From Candidatus Coprovivens sp. (GTDB lineage: Bacteria; Bacillota_I; Bacilli_A; RF39; UBA660): DNA of 64,000 nt. Shown piece after piece: positions 1 through 9,998 of the stretch (its first letter is position 1; each line of letters opens with the position of its first letter). Made by a program: the position numbers and the translations under genes. Where the stretch lies: contig JBJFGS010000024.1 of assembly GCA_051892935.1 (NCBI GenBank), forward strand, positions 64,001 to 128,000, in the 5' to 3' direction. The notes below the pieces were generated by a model that saw only the letters and a program-made list of their open reading frames with translations, did no database searches and was not told where the DNA came from.

Positions 1-1
1 T

Positions 2-715
2 GAGGCCGTAGGATTATCATTAACTAATCCTGGAGCTTATGCAGAAATGACTACTGTAAGACCTGATTTGGTTGTAAAGGTTCCTAGTAATATTACTGAT
101 GCGGAAGTTGCTATGGTCGAACCAACTGCAGTTGCATTACATGCTGTTAATTTAGTTGATATTAAAGTTGGTAGTAAAGTATTAGTTATAGGCGCAGGTA
201 TTATTGGTGATTTATGTGCTTTATTTGCTAAAATGAATGGCGCTTCTTATGTAGCAATTTCTGAAACTAATGTAAAACGTGGTAAAAAAGCTGTTTCTTT
301 GAAATGTGCTGATGAGTATTTTAATGCCAAAGATAAAAATTTTATGGTAGATGTAAAAAGAGAATGTCCTTACGGATATGATGTTGTTATTGATTGCTCT
401 GGTAATAGTGGCGCTGTTACTTCTGCATTATTATGTGTTAAGCCAAATGGTTCTGTAGTTTTGGTTGGCGTTTCGACTTCAAATATTAGCATTCCTTCTT
501 CATTTATTGTTATGAAAGAATTAAAAGTATTTGGAGCTATCGGTTATACTTATGATGAATTTGTAAATTGTATTAAATTAATGGCGGACAGACAAATAGA
601 TACTTTAAAGTTTGTTGATGATATAGTTGGTCTTCATGATGTTCAAAATGCTTTTGAAAGATTAACAAGTGGAGATGATAACGCTATAAAAATACTAATT
701 GATCCTAAGAAATAA
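2..715 (+). CDS. Zn-dependent medium-chain alcohol/polyol dehydrogenase (5' truncated by window)
   Basis: Frame open from base 2 (EAVGLSLTNPGAYAEM...); VEPTAVALHAV, Rossmann GAGIIG, DVVIDCSG, C-terminal KILIDP. Confidence 0.9.
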   Translation, partial: EAVGLSLTNPGAYAEMTTVRPDLVVKVPSNITDAEVAMVEPTAVALHAVNLVDIKVGSKVLVIGAGIIGDLCALFAKMNGASYVAISETNVKRGKKAVSLKCADEYFNAKDKNFMVDVKRECPYGYDVVIDCSGNSGAVTSALLCVKPNGSVVLVGVSTSNISIPSSFIVMKELKVFGAIGYTYDEFVNCIKLMADRQIDTLKFVDDIVGLHDVQNAFERLTSGDDNAIKILIDPKK

Positions 716-725
716 AATAGTTATT

Positions 726-752
726 AAAAAAAACGATAGTAATATCGTTTTT
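726..752. terminator. Bidirectional intrinsic terminator
   Basis: AAAAAAAACGATA-gtaa-TATCGTTTTTT between convergent genes. Confidence 0.8.
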
Positions 753-2228
753 TTATTGAATTCTTAAAAGTAATTGTTTAACTTCTTCTTTTGTTTCTTT
801 TGTTGCCTCGTGATTTATTATTCCTTGAGCTTTTTCTTCCCAATTACCGGCGTGAATTATTCTTTTGCATCTTTTATCTTTAATTAGTGTTGGTTTTGAT
901 AATTTACTTAAATTGTCAAAATACATTGCTCTAATGTTATAAATTGCTTCACCTATTGTAGGAATGCAATTTTCGTAGTCATCAAAAAATTTTTCCATTA
1001 ATATTTCTCCATTAGGATATATATATGCAATGTATCCTTCAAAAGCATTTTGACCATAAAGTTTATGAATATATCCACTATTATCGAAGAATCTTCTTTT
1101 TCTTTCATAAGTTGAATATCTTTCTAGAATTTTCTTTTCTTTTTCTTCTGGTGTTAAATAATTATATTGTCTGTTTAATGAATCTATTACTTTCCTATTT
1201 AATTCTGTTTCAGTTCCTGGAGGAATTATTTGCCAATCTACATTTGTAAAAAAATATTTTTTTACATGGTTTTCAACATGTTTAATATGATAGCCTTTAA
1301 AGTTTTCTCTTTGCTCATCAATAGGTTTTAAAATAGGATTGCTTTGAAGAAGTTTTTTATATTTTCGAACTATATGCTTAAAAGATATATTTTGCCCTTG
1401 ATCGTTTTTTATAACTATATTACTTACTTTAGTTTCTCTTATGTATGTTGCAATATAATAAATGCATTGCTGTTTTATTTTATCGTCTTCTGTTTCATAA
1501 GCTTTTTCTAAATATTTATCAGCTAAATATAGTTCAAATTTTTCTTTGTCTAATCCTTGAAACATTGAAAAATCTATACTAGAACGATTAGTATATCCTT
1601 CAACAAATTGTCTTCTAACAATAAGGTTTCTATATAATGTTGATTGTTTTAATATAAAGCGATGAAAATCTGTATCTAAAGCAGAGCTATTATATATGTT
1701 ATATTGTCTATTAATAGTTGATACTATTTCTATTGTTCTGTTATTACTATGTCTTTCTTCGTATTTTTTTATTTGATGATATGCATTGATTGATAATTCA
1801 TAATCAGCATAAATATATGGAAATTTTTCTTTCAGTTCAGTAATTGATGTTATATTTTTTAGTTCTTCTACCTTTTTTAGTAATTCTTGACTAAGTTGTT
1901 GATCATTAAAATCTGTGCTAGGATTTGTTACATTCAGAAATCTTTTTAATTTATTAATAAATGGTATGGGTGATATATATATTTTTGTTTCAGCATTTTT
2001 ATAACTGGTAATTAGTCTAAAATAATCAAAGAAATCTTCTTTTGCTTTTGTATATCCATTAATCTTTATAATATTTGTACGATATAGTTCTTTTAATAAA
2101 GAAAATTCTTTTTCTAGTTGTTCTCTATTTGAAGAACATTCATTTAATAGAGTTTGGGTATTAAGTTCTATTATAACATAGTTGGGTATTCCTTTATTTA
2201 TTGCTGTATACATTTCTTGTTCATTCAT
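753..2228 (-). CDS. Hypothetical protein (491 aa) with conserved-looking C-terminal domain
   Basis: Long ORF with GGAGG RBS and its own promoter; C-terminal F-x-GY-x-AY-x-YPNG...E...LSKLSK...RIIH-x-G-x-W pattern. Confidence 0.8.
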   Translation of the reverse strand: MNEQEMYTAINKGIPNYVIIELNTQTLLNECSSNREQLEKEFSLLKELYRTNIIKINGYTKAKEDFFDYFRLITSYKNAETKIYISPIPFINKLKRFLNVTNPSTDFNDQQLSQELLKKVEELKNITSITELKEKFPYIYADYELSINAYHQIKKYEERHSNNRTIEIVSTINRQYNIYNSSALDTDFHRFILKQSTLYRNLIVRRQFVEGYTNRSSIDFSMFQGLDKEKFELYLADKYLEKAYETEDDKIKQQCIYYIATYIRETKVSNIVIKNDQGQNISFKHIVRKYKKLLQSNPILKPIDEQRENFKGYHIKHVENHVKKYFFTNVDWQIIPPGTETELNRKVIDSLNRQYNYLTPEEKEKKILERYSTYERKRRFFDNSGYIHKLYGQNAFEGYIAYIYPNGEILMEKFFDDYENCIPTIGEAIYNIRAMYFDNLSKLSKPTLIKDKRCKRIIHAGNWEEKAQGIINHEATKETKEEVKQLLLRIQ

Positions 2229-2253
2229 AGTTTACCTCCTTTTTTCGTTGCTT

Positions 2254-2281
2254 ATTATATTTCTTTTTATGGGATTGTCAA
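2254..2281 (-). promoter_or_regulatory. Sigma-A promoter of the 491-aa gene
   Basis: TTGACA-16 bp-TATAAT on the minus strand. Confidence 0.7.
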
Positions 2282-2537
2282 ATATTGGTTCTATTATAAA
2301 AATAAAACTCTGTATTGATAGAGAACGAGTTTTTTTTATTAATCAAACACCTTTATTTAGAAAAAGATATTGGTGATTTATTTGAGGTATCTTTTTAATA
2401 TGTCATAGTTTTTAATTGTTTATATAGAAGAACACTTTTTTTAGAGTTTTCGCTATTTCATATTTGGCAATATTTTATATCATCACTAATAAAAAAAAAG
2501 AGCATTTTTTGCTCTACAAATTGCTATTTAAAATCTT

Positions 2538-3758
2538 TTAATCTTCATAGTTTGGTTTAGCACATTGTGACAGATCAATATTTATTGATTCTAAAAATTC
2601 TTTTAAGTATTTGTTATCAAAGTCGGTAATAAACGAATGTCCTTTACCTGAAGAGATTAAGTATTCTGGTAAACTTTCATTAGTATATTGATGAATATTA
2701 GCGTCCACACTATGTTTTATAATTTCAATAACATCATAGTCATACTTTCCTTCAATAGGTTTCATATATTGTAGCATCATGGTACATGTTTTTCCTGGTT
2801 TACAAGCTTTATATTCAGTATATATTGTATATTTATTATTATTGTAAATATTTAATAAAACAGGAATATCACATTTACTTTTTTTATATTCAACTGAAAA
2901 AATCAAATCATTATATATTAGATCATTTATTGTGATTTTACTCATGTCTAAATTTAAATAATCATAATATATATTCTTTTTTTGCTCAACTTCATTAAAT
3001 AATTTGTTTATGTTCTTTTCTTTATTAAAATTTAATACTTGGTATTCTATTATACCTGGAAACATTGCTTTAATTGATGAAACATATTCATTTCCATCTT
3101 TAGGATAGACAATGTCTTGTAATTTATTATCTTTAAAAATCGCTTTAATTGGCATAGAACTACCCGAAGATATTGCTAATCCTGCTCCATATTCTTCACT
3201 TTCAATATAATAGCTTTGCTGATATATCCACATATATACATATTTATAACTATGCTTTTTTTCTATTCCAAATCCATGATAGCTATAAAAGACATTGAAA
3301 TCATTATAATTAGAGTCTGGATTTTCATCAAATTCTTTACCTTTAATAAAATTTATTACCTCATCATATAAAAAATCTGAATCGTTAACCAAATTTACTT
3401 TTAGATTTCTGTTATAATAAATAAAAATACTGAAAGTTATTATAAAAATTGCAATAAATAAAGCTAATATTTTTTTTGAATTTCTTTTAATCTTTTCTCT
3501 TTCTTTTACTGTTGATATGATTGCTTTTTCTTTAGCTTCTTCACTAGTATCTTTTTCTCCATTTATGAGTTCTTCAATATTTATGTCCAATTCATTACAT
3601 AAATTTTTATATAACGATATATCTGGAAAGCTCAAACCTCGTTCCCATTTGCTTACTGCATTTATACTAACTCCCATTTTTTCGGCTAGTTGTTCTTGAG
3701 TCATGTTTTTTTCTTTTCTCAATTTAGCAATAAATCTTCCGCTTTTATTTTGATCCAT
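2538..3758 (-). CDS. XRE-family HTH regulator fused to a TM helix and a large extracytoplasmic domain
   Basis: LRKEKNMTQEQLAEKMGVSINAVSKWERG; hydrophobic segment ILALFIAIFIITFSIFIYY. Confidence 0.9.
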   Translation of the reverse strand: MDQNKSGRFIAKLRKEKNMTQEQLAEKMGVSINAVSKWERGLSFPDISLYKNLCNELDINIEELINGEKDTSEEAKEKAIISTVKEREKIKRNSKKILALFIAIFIITFSIFIYYNRNLKVNLVNDSDFLYDEVINFIKGKEFDENPDSNYNDFNVFYSYHGFGIEKKHSYKYVYMWIYQQSYYIESEEYGAGLAISSGSSMPIKAIFKDNKLQDIVYPKDGNEYVSSIKAMFPGIIEYQVLNFNKEKNINKLFNEVEQKKNIYYDYLNLDMSKITINDLIYNDLIFSVEYKKSKCDIPVLLNIYNNNKYTIYTEYKACKPGKTCTMMLQYMKPIEGKYDYDVIEIIKHSVDANIHQYTNESLPEYLISSGKGHSFITDFDNKYLKEFLESINIDLSQCAKPNYED

Positions 3759-3886
3759 TTTTTCACTTCCTCAAAATGATATTATCACTTTTATATAATA
3801 ATTAACACACACTGTTGGTTTAATTTTGATTTAATTACCATACAAATTACTTTTTTCAAAAAATTAAATTCATTTCTTATATATGA

Positions 3887-4065
3887 TTTATTTTTCTTTG
3901 TTTATTCTGAATAAGATCAGCATATTTCAAATAATTTTTTTGGTTGTTCTTCAATAGTTATTATATAATTATTATACATTGTTCTTAATAAAACTTCCCA
4001 ACTACCTGATTGGGAAATAGCTTTTTCATATTCGGATTTATACATGTAATAATCTTCTTAACAGA
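3887..4065 (-). pseudogene. Probable gene remnant
   Basis: Protein-like fragment EDYYMYKSEYEKAISQSGSWEVLLRTMYNNY..., shifting frame to ...LKYADLIQNKQRKK*; no start found. Confidence 0.35.
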
Positions 4066-4161
4066 TTATTTGTTATTCATTTTATTAGAAGTATAAACGA
4101 TTCGAGTAAATAGTACTAAATAAAGTTAATATATGTTATAGTAATTATAGAAGTGATATAA

Positions 4162-4545
4162 ATGAATAGAGATAAACAAGAATTATATAACCAAGTTATA
4201 AGTGATTTAGAATCTTTAGATTTAGAATCACTTACTAGATTGAAAGAAATATTAATAGCAAATCCGGAGCAATATAAAACTAATCCAGTTGAAGCAATAA
4301 AAAATGCTTTAACTACGATTATGAATGATGAGCAATTAACAACTCCAGAGGATCAAGGTTATGCAAGAACTATCCATAGTAATCAAGAGAGAGGAAAATC
4401 GTTTGTAGAATCAATGTCATCTCAAGCAAGAGTATATAGAGAAGGTTTGGCAACACAAAGAGAACAGAGGTATGAAGAAATGATATCTGAAGCTGAGGAA
4501 AAGCTTGGTCCTATTGAATCGCCGATGGATAGATTAAGAAGATAA
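4162..4545 (+). CDS. Hypothetical helical protein (127 aa)
   Basis: ORF with protein-like composition, followed by terminator ACGAGC-tgta-GCTCGT-TTTTT at about 4631-4651. Confidence 0.7.
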   Translation: MNRDKQELYNQVISDLESLDLESLTRLKEILIANPEQYKTNPVEAIKNALTTIMNDEQLTTPEDQGYARTIHSNQERGKSFVESMSSQARVYREGLATQREQRYEEMISEAEEKLGPIESPMDRLRR

Positions 4546-4854
4546 TTATTATAAAAAGTGAGATTGATGATTGTTTGATAATGATTTTGCTGGGTATCGT
4601 TTTAAAATGAATAAGAAAGAATCTCTTTTTACGAGCTGTAGCTCGTTTTTTATATCAAATAATCTATATCTTTAGTTTTTACTATATAAGTTTTAATATT
4701 ATTTTCTATTTAAATGTGTCTCGTTCAATCTTTAAGTTTAAATAAAAAACTAGTTATTTCTAGTTAGTAATCTATTTTCGTTGGCTTTTTCCAGTATTTA
4801 TAATTTTTTCGAAACACCTATACTCATATTTTTTTTATTATCATCAGTATCTCC

Positions 4855-6089
4855 TCACTTTAAAATTGAATACATTATTATTGTTACCATACCTATAACA
4901 AAACTTATAATTAAAGATAAAATAACAACATTAACATAACCTTTACTTGACAAAGAAGAATTTGAATTTGTTTTTACTAGTGTTTTTTGTTTTTCCACCT
5001 GTTTTTGTTGTTGCTTGTGTTTGAGCTATTGCTTGATTTTTAAGTTGTGTTTGTTCTGCTATTCGAATTTCGCTCTGACTTCTTTGGTCAAAAGACTTCT
5101 TTTTATTGTTTGAAATATTTTCATTTACTTGTGAATAAGTTGATGATATATTTGTACTTTCATCTTTATTTCTATGATTAGCTTGTGGTTGTATCAATTG
5201 TTCTTCAACGTTGGTTCTTTTGCTTTCTATACTTTCTGTTTATTATTTTCAATTGTTTTAGATGAACTATTATCATCTTGTATTCTTAACATCAAAAGGT
5301 TTTGGTATTTTGTAAATTTATCCTATATTCATCTATTAGTGCGTATGCTTTTGTATAATCTATAGAATTATATTTTTGAGCTTTTTTGAATGGACCTGTT
5401 AAACCAGGAAAATTGTATTTCATATATTTGTTATGAAACTCTTTTTCCATTGTTGACTCTAAATCAAAAAAGAATGACGATGCTTCAGATGATACTGAAT
5501 CTAATAATTCTTTTATTTCCCAATGATTTTTTGAAAAAGAAATCTTATTTATAATATCTTCTCCAAATATTTTCTCTAATTCATATGCTATTTTTGTTTC
5601 CTTTGGATATCCGCAAGAAGATGTTAATAAACCATATTTTTTTGCCAATTGTCTTGTTTTTAATTCATTTATTCCTTCTCTAATTGCTGTTCCACCGCCA
5701 CTACCACAAAAATGCAAAGTTTCATGAAGAAGAATTTCTTTATAATATTCTTCAGGAGTTAAACCCTTTAAAAAAACATGCTTTATATAAGTTAAATATG
5801 TATTATCATTTATAATCATATTATCTAGATTACAAGTTTTATGTTTTTTCATCATACCAAATCCTGGTATTTTTTTTAATGTTCCTAACACTTTAAAGGC
5901 ATCTAAAGGAAAGTAAAAATTCTTACCTCTTACAAATAATGATATAGTTCCTGTTTCTTCTATATGCACCTTTTCTTTTAAGTCATAATCAATTGGTATA
6001 TCAACAAGATTAGGATATTCTTTTTTTATAATTTCAACTAATTTTTCTATTTCAGAAATTAAACTATTTTTTATATCATTTATATTCAT
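4855..6089 (-). pseudogene. Frameshifted Zn-metallopeptidase (HExxH...E) gene with low-complexity linker and C-terminal KGY-TM anchor
   Basis: LLHETLH...REGINE; after TGA at 5292 the protein-like sequence continues through other frames (QDDNSSSKTIENNKQK / IESKRTNVEEQLIQP... / KQKTLVKTNSNSSLSSKGYVNVVILSLIISFVIGMVTIIMYSILK*). Confidence 0.7.
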
Positions 6090-6202
6090 CAAATCAACTC
6101 CCAAAAACATAATCCCACTTTACTTTATACAATCATTATATCATTAAAAGTTGGTTGTATTGTAAAAAGTGTTGGTGAGTATTTCACTAATACTATTTTT
6201 AT

Positions 6203-6526
6203 TTAATGAAAAAGACATAATGTTGATACAATGCAATTGCGAAAATAATTTGTCATTTTTTTCTTGAATTTTAAATCTTTAATATCCCAATATTTTTTCT
6301 CTTCAAGCTTAATAATAATTTCACAAGCTAAATCATTTTTAGAGTTATTACTAACATGAGTAAAGTAATCTTTTGTTTTTCTATTTACTCTTGTTTGTTT
6401 AGAATTATATTCTTCTTTCTCCTCTTCAAATTCTTCAACATAAAATTTCTTAACATTATCAACTAGATAAGAAGTATCTCTCTTCCTCTCTAAATAAAAA
6501 CGATACTGCTTCTTAAATATTTGCAA
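6203..6526 (-). pseudogene. Remnant of a Mob/Pre (MobV-type) plasmid recombination/relaxase gene
   Basis: VKKFYVEEFEE...YNSKQTR...DYFTHVSNNSKNDLACEIII resembles the N-terminal part of Firmicutes Mob_Pre proteins; truncated before the HxDExxPHxH motif. Confidence 0.55.
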
Positions 6527-6893
6527 ATTAATACATCATTCTATTTAATCTGTCTAGTATTTAAGCCTTAAATACCATTAATTTTGGCTTTTAATGTAGT
6601 TTTCAAGTTCATTTATCTTAATTTTTCTACTTAAAATATTGATATAGATTTCATTAGAATAGTTAAAAGCAAGAAATATATTATTATTAATTATTATTTT
6701 ATGGGTTCAATATAACTTAAATTAGCTTTGTCAACTTTTTCTAATATTAGCATTTATAAAAATCGGTATAGTATTACAAAAATCACATATAATCATTATT
6801 CGTTGTTTTAAGGATTCTTCAATCTCTATTTCTTTTATAATATATTTAATCAAGATTCTATCATTCTATGATTTTTTCTTATAAAACGAAAAA

Positions 6894-6942
6894 ATCAATC
6901 ATAAATGATTGATATCTATCTAAAAGTCCGAATAGTTCGGAC
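6894..6942. repeat. Two perfect inverted repeats next to the tRNA 3' end
   Basis: ATCAATCAT-aa-ATGATTGAT (6894-6913) and GTCCGAA-tag-TTCGGAC (6926-6942). Confidence 0.8.
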
Positions 6943-6953
6943 AGATTCACAAG

Positions 6954-7029
6954 TGGTGCCGGCAAGAGGAATCGAACCCCCAACCTTCTGATTACGATTC
7001 AGCTGCTCTACCAATTGAGCTATGTCGGC
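6954..7029 (-). tRNA. tRNA-Thr(CGU), CCA encoded
   Basis: GCCGACA-TA-GCTC-AATTGGTA-GAGC-A-GCTGA-ATCGTAA-TCAGA-AGGTT-GGGGG-TTCGATT-CCTCT-TGCCGGC-ACCA; 76-nt cloverleaf. Confidence 0.96.
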
Positions 7030-7113
7030 CTAATGAAATTATATAACATTTTTTTTAATTTTAAAATTCTTTTTTATATATATTATGTTATAATTATGAT
7101 AATTGGAGAGATG

Positions 7114-7974
7114 ATGATGGAAAATAGTAAAAGTAAAGATTTGTTAGTTATTCTAATTGTTTTATCACTATTAGTTATTGTATTAACTTTGGGGTATGTT
7201 ACATATAATAAACTTTTTAATACTAAAGATGATACAAATAGTGGTGAAAACTATTCTAATAACAATAGTAAAAACGATGATAAAAGTATTGAAAATTTAG
7301 ATATCAGCTCGCAAATTGTAAAAGATGTAATGGAGCGTTATAGTGATTTATATATATCTGAAGATGATCTTTATAAGAATAATAAATATAGTATTTCTTC
7401 GATAAGTGATTATGATTTGGTATCAACAGCATTGGGTAATGTTGATAATAATAAAATTGCTTATTGTATTTGGGAAGAAAGTCAATTGAAAGATGCTGTT
7501 TCTATTGATGAATTAAATAGTATTCTTGATGATTTATTATATAATAAAGATATTTCGATTAGTACTATTAAGTCGTCTAGTGAAGAAGTATCATATCCAA
7601 TAGCTGATTATCAAATCAATAATATAGGAATAGTTTTAAGTGATAATGGATTAAAATTAATTGGTTCATGCGATGGCGGATATGGATTTATAAAGTATAC
7701 CGATAAAAAAATTATAAAAGCAGAAAAAAATGGTGATTACTTATTTGTTTATGAAAAGCAAGCTTTTGGTGAAGATTATATGGAAGATGATAATGATAGA
7801 TTTTTGACAAATTATTATAAAGACTATGATAGAACTGTTGTCTTGGAAAAAGGGTTAATTCGTGATGCTGATGATCCTACTCCTAATTGGGATTTATATA
7901 ATACGTATAAGTATACTTTTAAAAATATTGATGGAGATTATTTCTTTGAAAGTTTAGAACTTGTAAACGAATAA
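7114..7974 (+). CDS. N-terminally membrane-anchored extracytoplasmic protein
   Basis: GGAGAG RBS before ATGATGATG (start 7111/7114/7117); one TM helix, Asn-rich linker, acidic globular domain. Confidence 0.8.
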   Translation: MMENSKSKDLLVILIVLSLLVIVLTLGYVTYNKLFNTKDDTNSGENYSNNNSKNDDKSIENLDISSQIVKDVMERYSDLYISEDDLYKNNKYSISSISDYDLVSTALGNVDNNKIAYCIWEESQLKDAVSIDELNSILDDLLYNKDISISTIKSSSEEVSYPIADYQINNIGIVLSDNGLKLIGSCDGGYGFIKYTDKKIIKAEKNGDYLFVYEKQAFGEDYMEDDNDRFLTNYYKDYDRTVVLEKGLIRDADDPTPNWDLYNTYKYTFKNIDGDYFFESLELVNE

Positions 7975-8008
7975 AAGAATCACTGATTTTGTGTCAGTGA
8001 TTCTTTTA
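7974..8008. terminator. Bidirectional terminator
   Basis: AAAAGAATCACTGA-ttttgtg-TCAGTGATTCTTTT. Confidence 0.85.
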
Positions 8009-8030
8009 TTTGGTATTAAATATTATCATA

Positions 8031-8426
8031 TTATTTATTGTCTTTATTTTTTAATAAATAAATTGCTAAACAGCACATTCCTATTCCTTGAATAGGAATA
8101 GCACTATTTATATCTATTTCTTTTAATATAGAAGTAACTATTAGACAAATTCCCATTGCTAAGCCGATTCCAATTAGTGCTAAATCTATAATTTCATCGG
8201 TTTTGGTAAGGTTTTTCTTGGTTTTGGCATTTAATAATTCTTCTATTGTTATATCTAATATTTGCGCTAGCTTTGGAATAGAGTTAATATCTGGACATGA
8301 TAGGTTTCTTTCCCATTTTGACACTGCCTTATCTGTAACTTTCATTTTTTCTGCTAACTCACTTTGAGTCATGCCTTTTTCTTTTCTTAGAGTACTAATC
8401 ATATCCCCCATACTTTTATTTGTCAT
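8031..8426 (-). CDS. XRE-family HTH regulator with two C-terminal TM helices
   Basis: LRKEKGMTQSELAEKMKVTDKAVSKWER; two hydrophobic segments. Confidence 0.9.
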   Translation of the reverse strand: MTNKSMGDMISTLRKEKGMTQSELAEKMKVTDKAVSKWERNLSCPDINSIPKLAQILDITIEELLNAKTKKNLTKTDEIIDLALIGIGLAMGICLIVTSILKEIDINSAIPIQGIGMCCLAIYLLKNKDNK

Positions 8427-8450
8427 AATAAAATCTCCTTTGTTAATTTA

Positions 8451-8515
8451 ATTCTAATACCATTGTTTTATAAACTCAACCGACAATTAGTTTACTTTGA
8501 TAAACTCTTGGTTTA
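8451..8515 (-). promoter_or_regulatory. Promoter and probable operator of the XRE gene
   Basis: TTGAGT-17-TAGAAT on minus strand; palindrome TAAAC-tcttg-GTTTA at 8501-8515. Confidence 0.5.
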
Positions 8516-8826
8516 GTTTTAATTTACTACTAGATTTTCCTTTGGTTTTCTTAGTATATTTTTTAATTTTTATGGTTATAATCGTACATGATACAATTAT
8601 TTCATAATACCATTTATAGGTAAAAAAAAATTATATTATTATTAGTTATATTGTTAGTGGCATTAGTGTTTTTTACTATCAATTTTTTTGATAGTAGAAT
8701 AATGTTAATGATCTGTTGATTGAAAAAGATATCATCATTTATGCTATTTGGAGTTAAATAAAAAATAAATAGATAATGCAGTCTATTTATTTTTTAGTAC
8801 AAGATATAATTAGATGTTGGAATTTT

Positions 8827-9285
8827 TTATTTTGATGAGTCCATATTATTAGTTATATATTTCATATTGTATCTAGTTTCTGTTTCTAGTTTTATAATAA
8901 ATCCTAGTTGTTTGTATAGCTTAATAGCTCTTGTATTTTCTTTATAAACCCATAGATAAACAATATTATTGTTTAGAATTTTTCTTATTATATCTGTCCC
9001 AATTCCTTTATTTCTATATTCTTCTTCTAAGTATATTTCATCTAACATAATTCCATCTTCGTGTTGTATTACAAGAAGACATCCTACTCTTTTTTTATTA
9101 CAAAGAATTATTTTATATTGTTCTATTTCTTGAGGAATATGTTTATCTACATATCTTTTAATTTTTAGTTTTTCATCTTCTGGCAAATGATGAGCATAAT
9201 TAAAAATATTATATAACTTGGCATTTTTTATAAAATTAATATCTTTATTTTGAGCATTTATTATCTTGTATTTCATATATATCAT
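8827..9285 (-). CDS. GNAT family N-acetyltransferase
   Basis: IYLEEEYRNKGIGT acetyl-CoA motif; N-x-x-AIKLY-x-x-LGF. Confidence 0.9.
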   Translation of the reverse strand: MIYMKYKIINAQNKDINFIKNAKLYNIFNYAHHLPEDEKLKIKRYVDKHIPQEIEQYKIILCNKKRVGCLLVIQHEDGIMLDEIYLEEEYRNKGIGTDIIRKILNNNIVYLWVYKENTRAIKLYKQLGFIIKLETETRYNMKYITNNMDSSK

Positions 9286-9769
9286 ATTCTTTCTATTTTA
9301 TTTATAAATAAATAATAAAATATTATTCCATTTATTATAAAATCATAAATTCTTAATCTATCAAATAGAATGATACTTGTTAGAAATGATACTGTAATAA
9401 TGCCAATGCTTATTATTTTAGGTAATATGCCTTTTGATTTTGTCATCCAAGTAAAATAGGCCATTATTGGTGAACAAAGAGCGAAAATAGTCCATCCTAT
9501 TATAAAAATATTACTATATATACCATTTGTACTAAAGGCTACAAAATAATATGTTATAAGCATACCTATACAAAATGTTAAAATATTTAACATAGCTTTC
9601 TTTTTTGAAGGACTATATATGGAGATTAATACTCCAAATAGTATCCATATTGCCATTTGTGAAAATATATTTCCTAAGTTTTGAGTATATATATCAAGTA
9701 ATCTACTATGATTCCTAGTGTTAATCCACTTATAAACATTCCAACTGGATTTAATAATACTTTTTTCAT
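9282..9769 (-). pseudogene. Multi-TM membrane protein with an N-terminal frameshift
   Basis: GGAGG + ATG at 9769 gives MKKVLLNPVGMFISGLTLGII, then a one-base shift near 9706 into RLLDIYTQNLGNIFSQMAIW... and further TM helices. Confidence 0.7.
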
Positions 9770-9809
9770 ATTTAACCTCCATAAAAAATATTTATTTATT
9801 GTCCATCTT

Positions 9810-9998
9810 ATTAGTCATTTGGTATTTATTTAAAACAACTTTATAACATGGATATTTATTATTATCTGGATTATTATGAAGAATATTGTCTACAACTTTT
9901 ACTAATTTCTTATTTTCTAAATATACGACTTTTTGTCCGTAAGTTACTACTTTGTTTTTGGAATTGTTACTAAGAAATCATATACTTTTTTTCATCAT
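9810..9998 (-). pseudogene. Degenerate MGMT/Ogt/Atl (alkylguanine repair) gene
   Basis: Across frameshifts reads KVYDFLVTIP-KNKVVTYGQ...VVDNILHNNPDNNKYPCYKVV (cf. VxTYGxIA and PCHRV motifs). Confidence 0.7.

Larger units (their letters stand above)
2500..6953. mobile_element. Decayed integrative islet at the 3' end of tRNA-Thr (left boundary uncertain)
   Basis: Relaxase remnant, pseudogenes and an XRE gene directly downstream of a tRNA; short perfect inverted repeats beside the tRNA 3' end; no intact integrase seen. Confidence 0.5.

Noticed and set aside
5292-5294. TGA read-through (code 4 or Sec) extending the metallopeptidase
   Set aside because: TGA is followed two codons later by TAA; core genes such as ftsX use TGA as stop; the continuation needs frameshifts
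7015-7110. N-terminal extension of the 319-aa ORF
   Set aside because: Overlaps the tRNA and its promoter region; RBS supports a start at 7111-7117
8600-8760. Possible remnant of a surface-protein gene (hydrophobic stretch and ...EKDIIIYAIWS*)
   Set aside because: Too short and degraded to support a call
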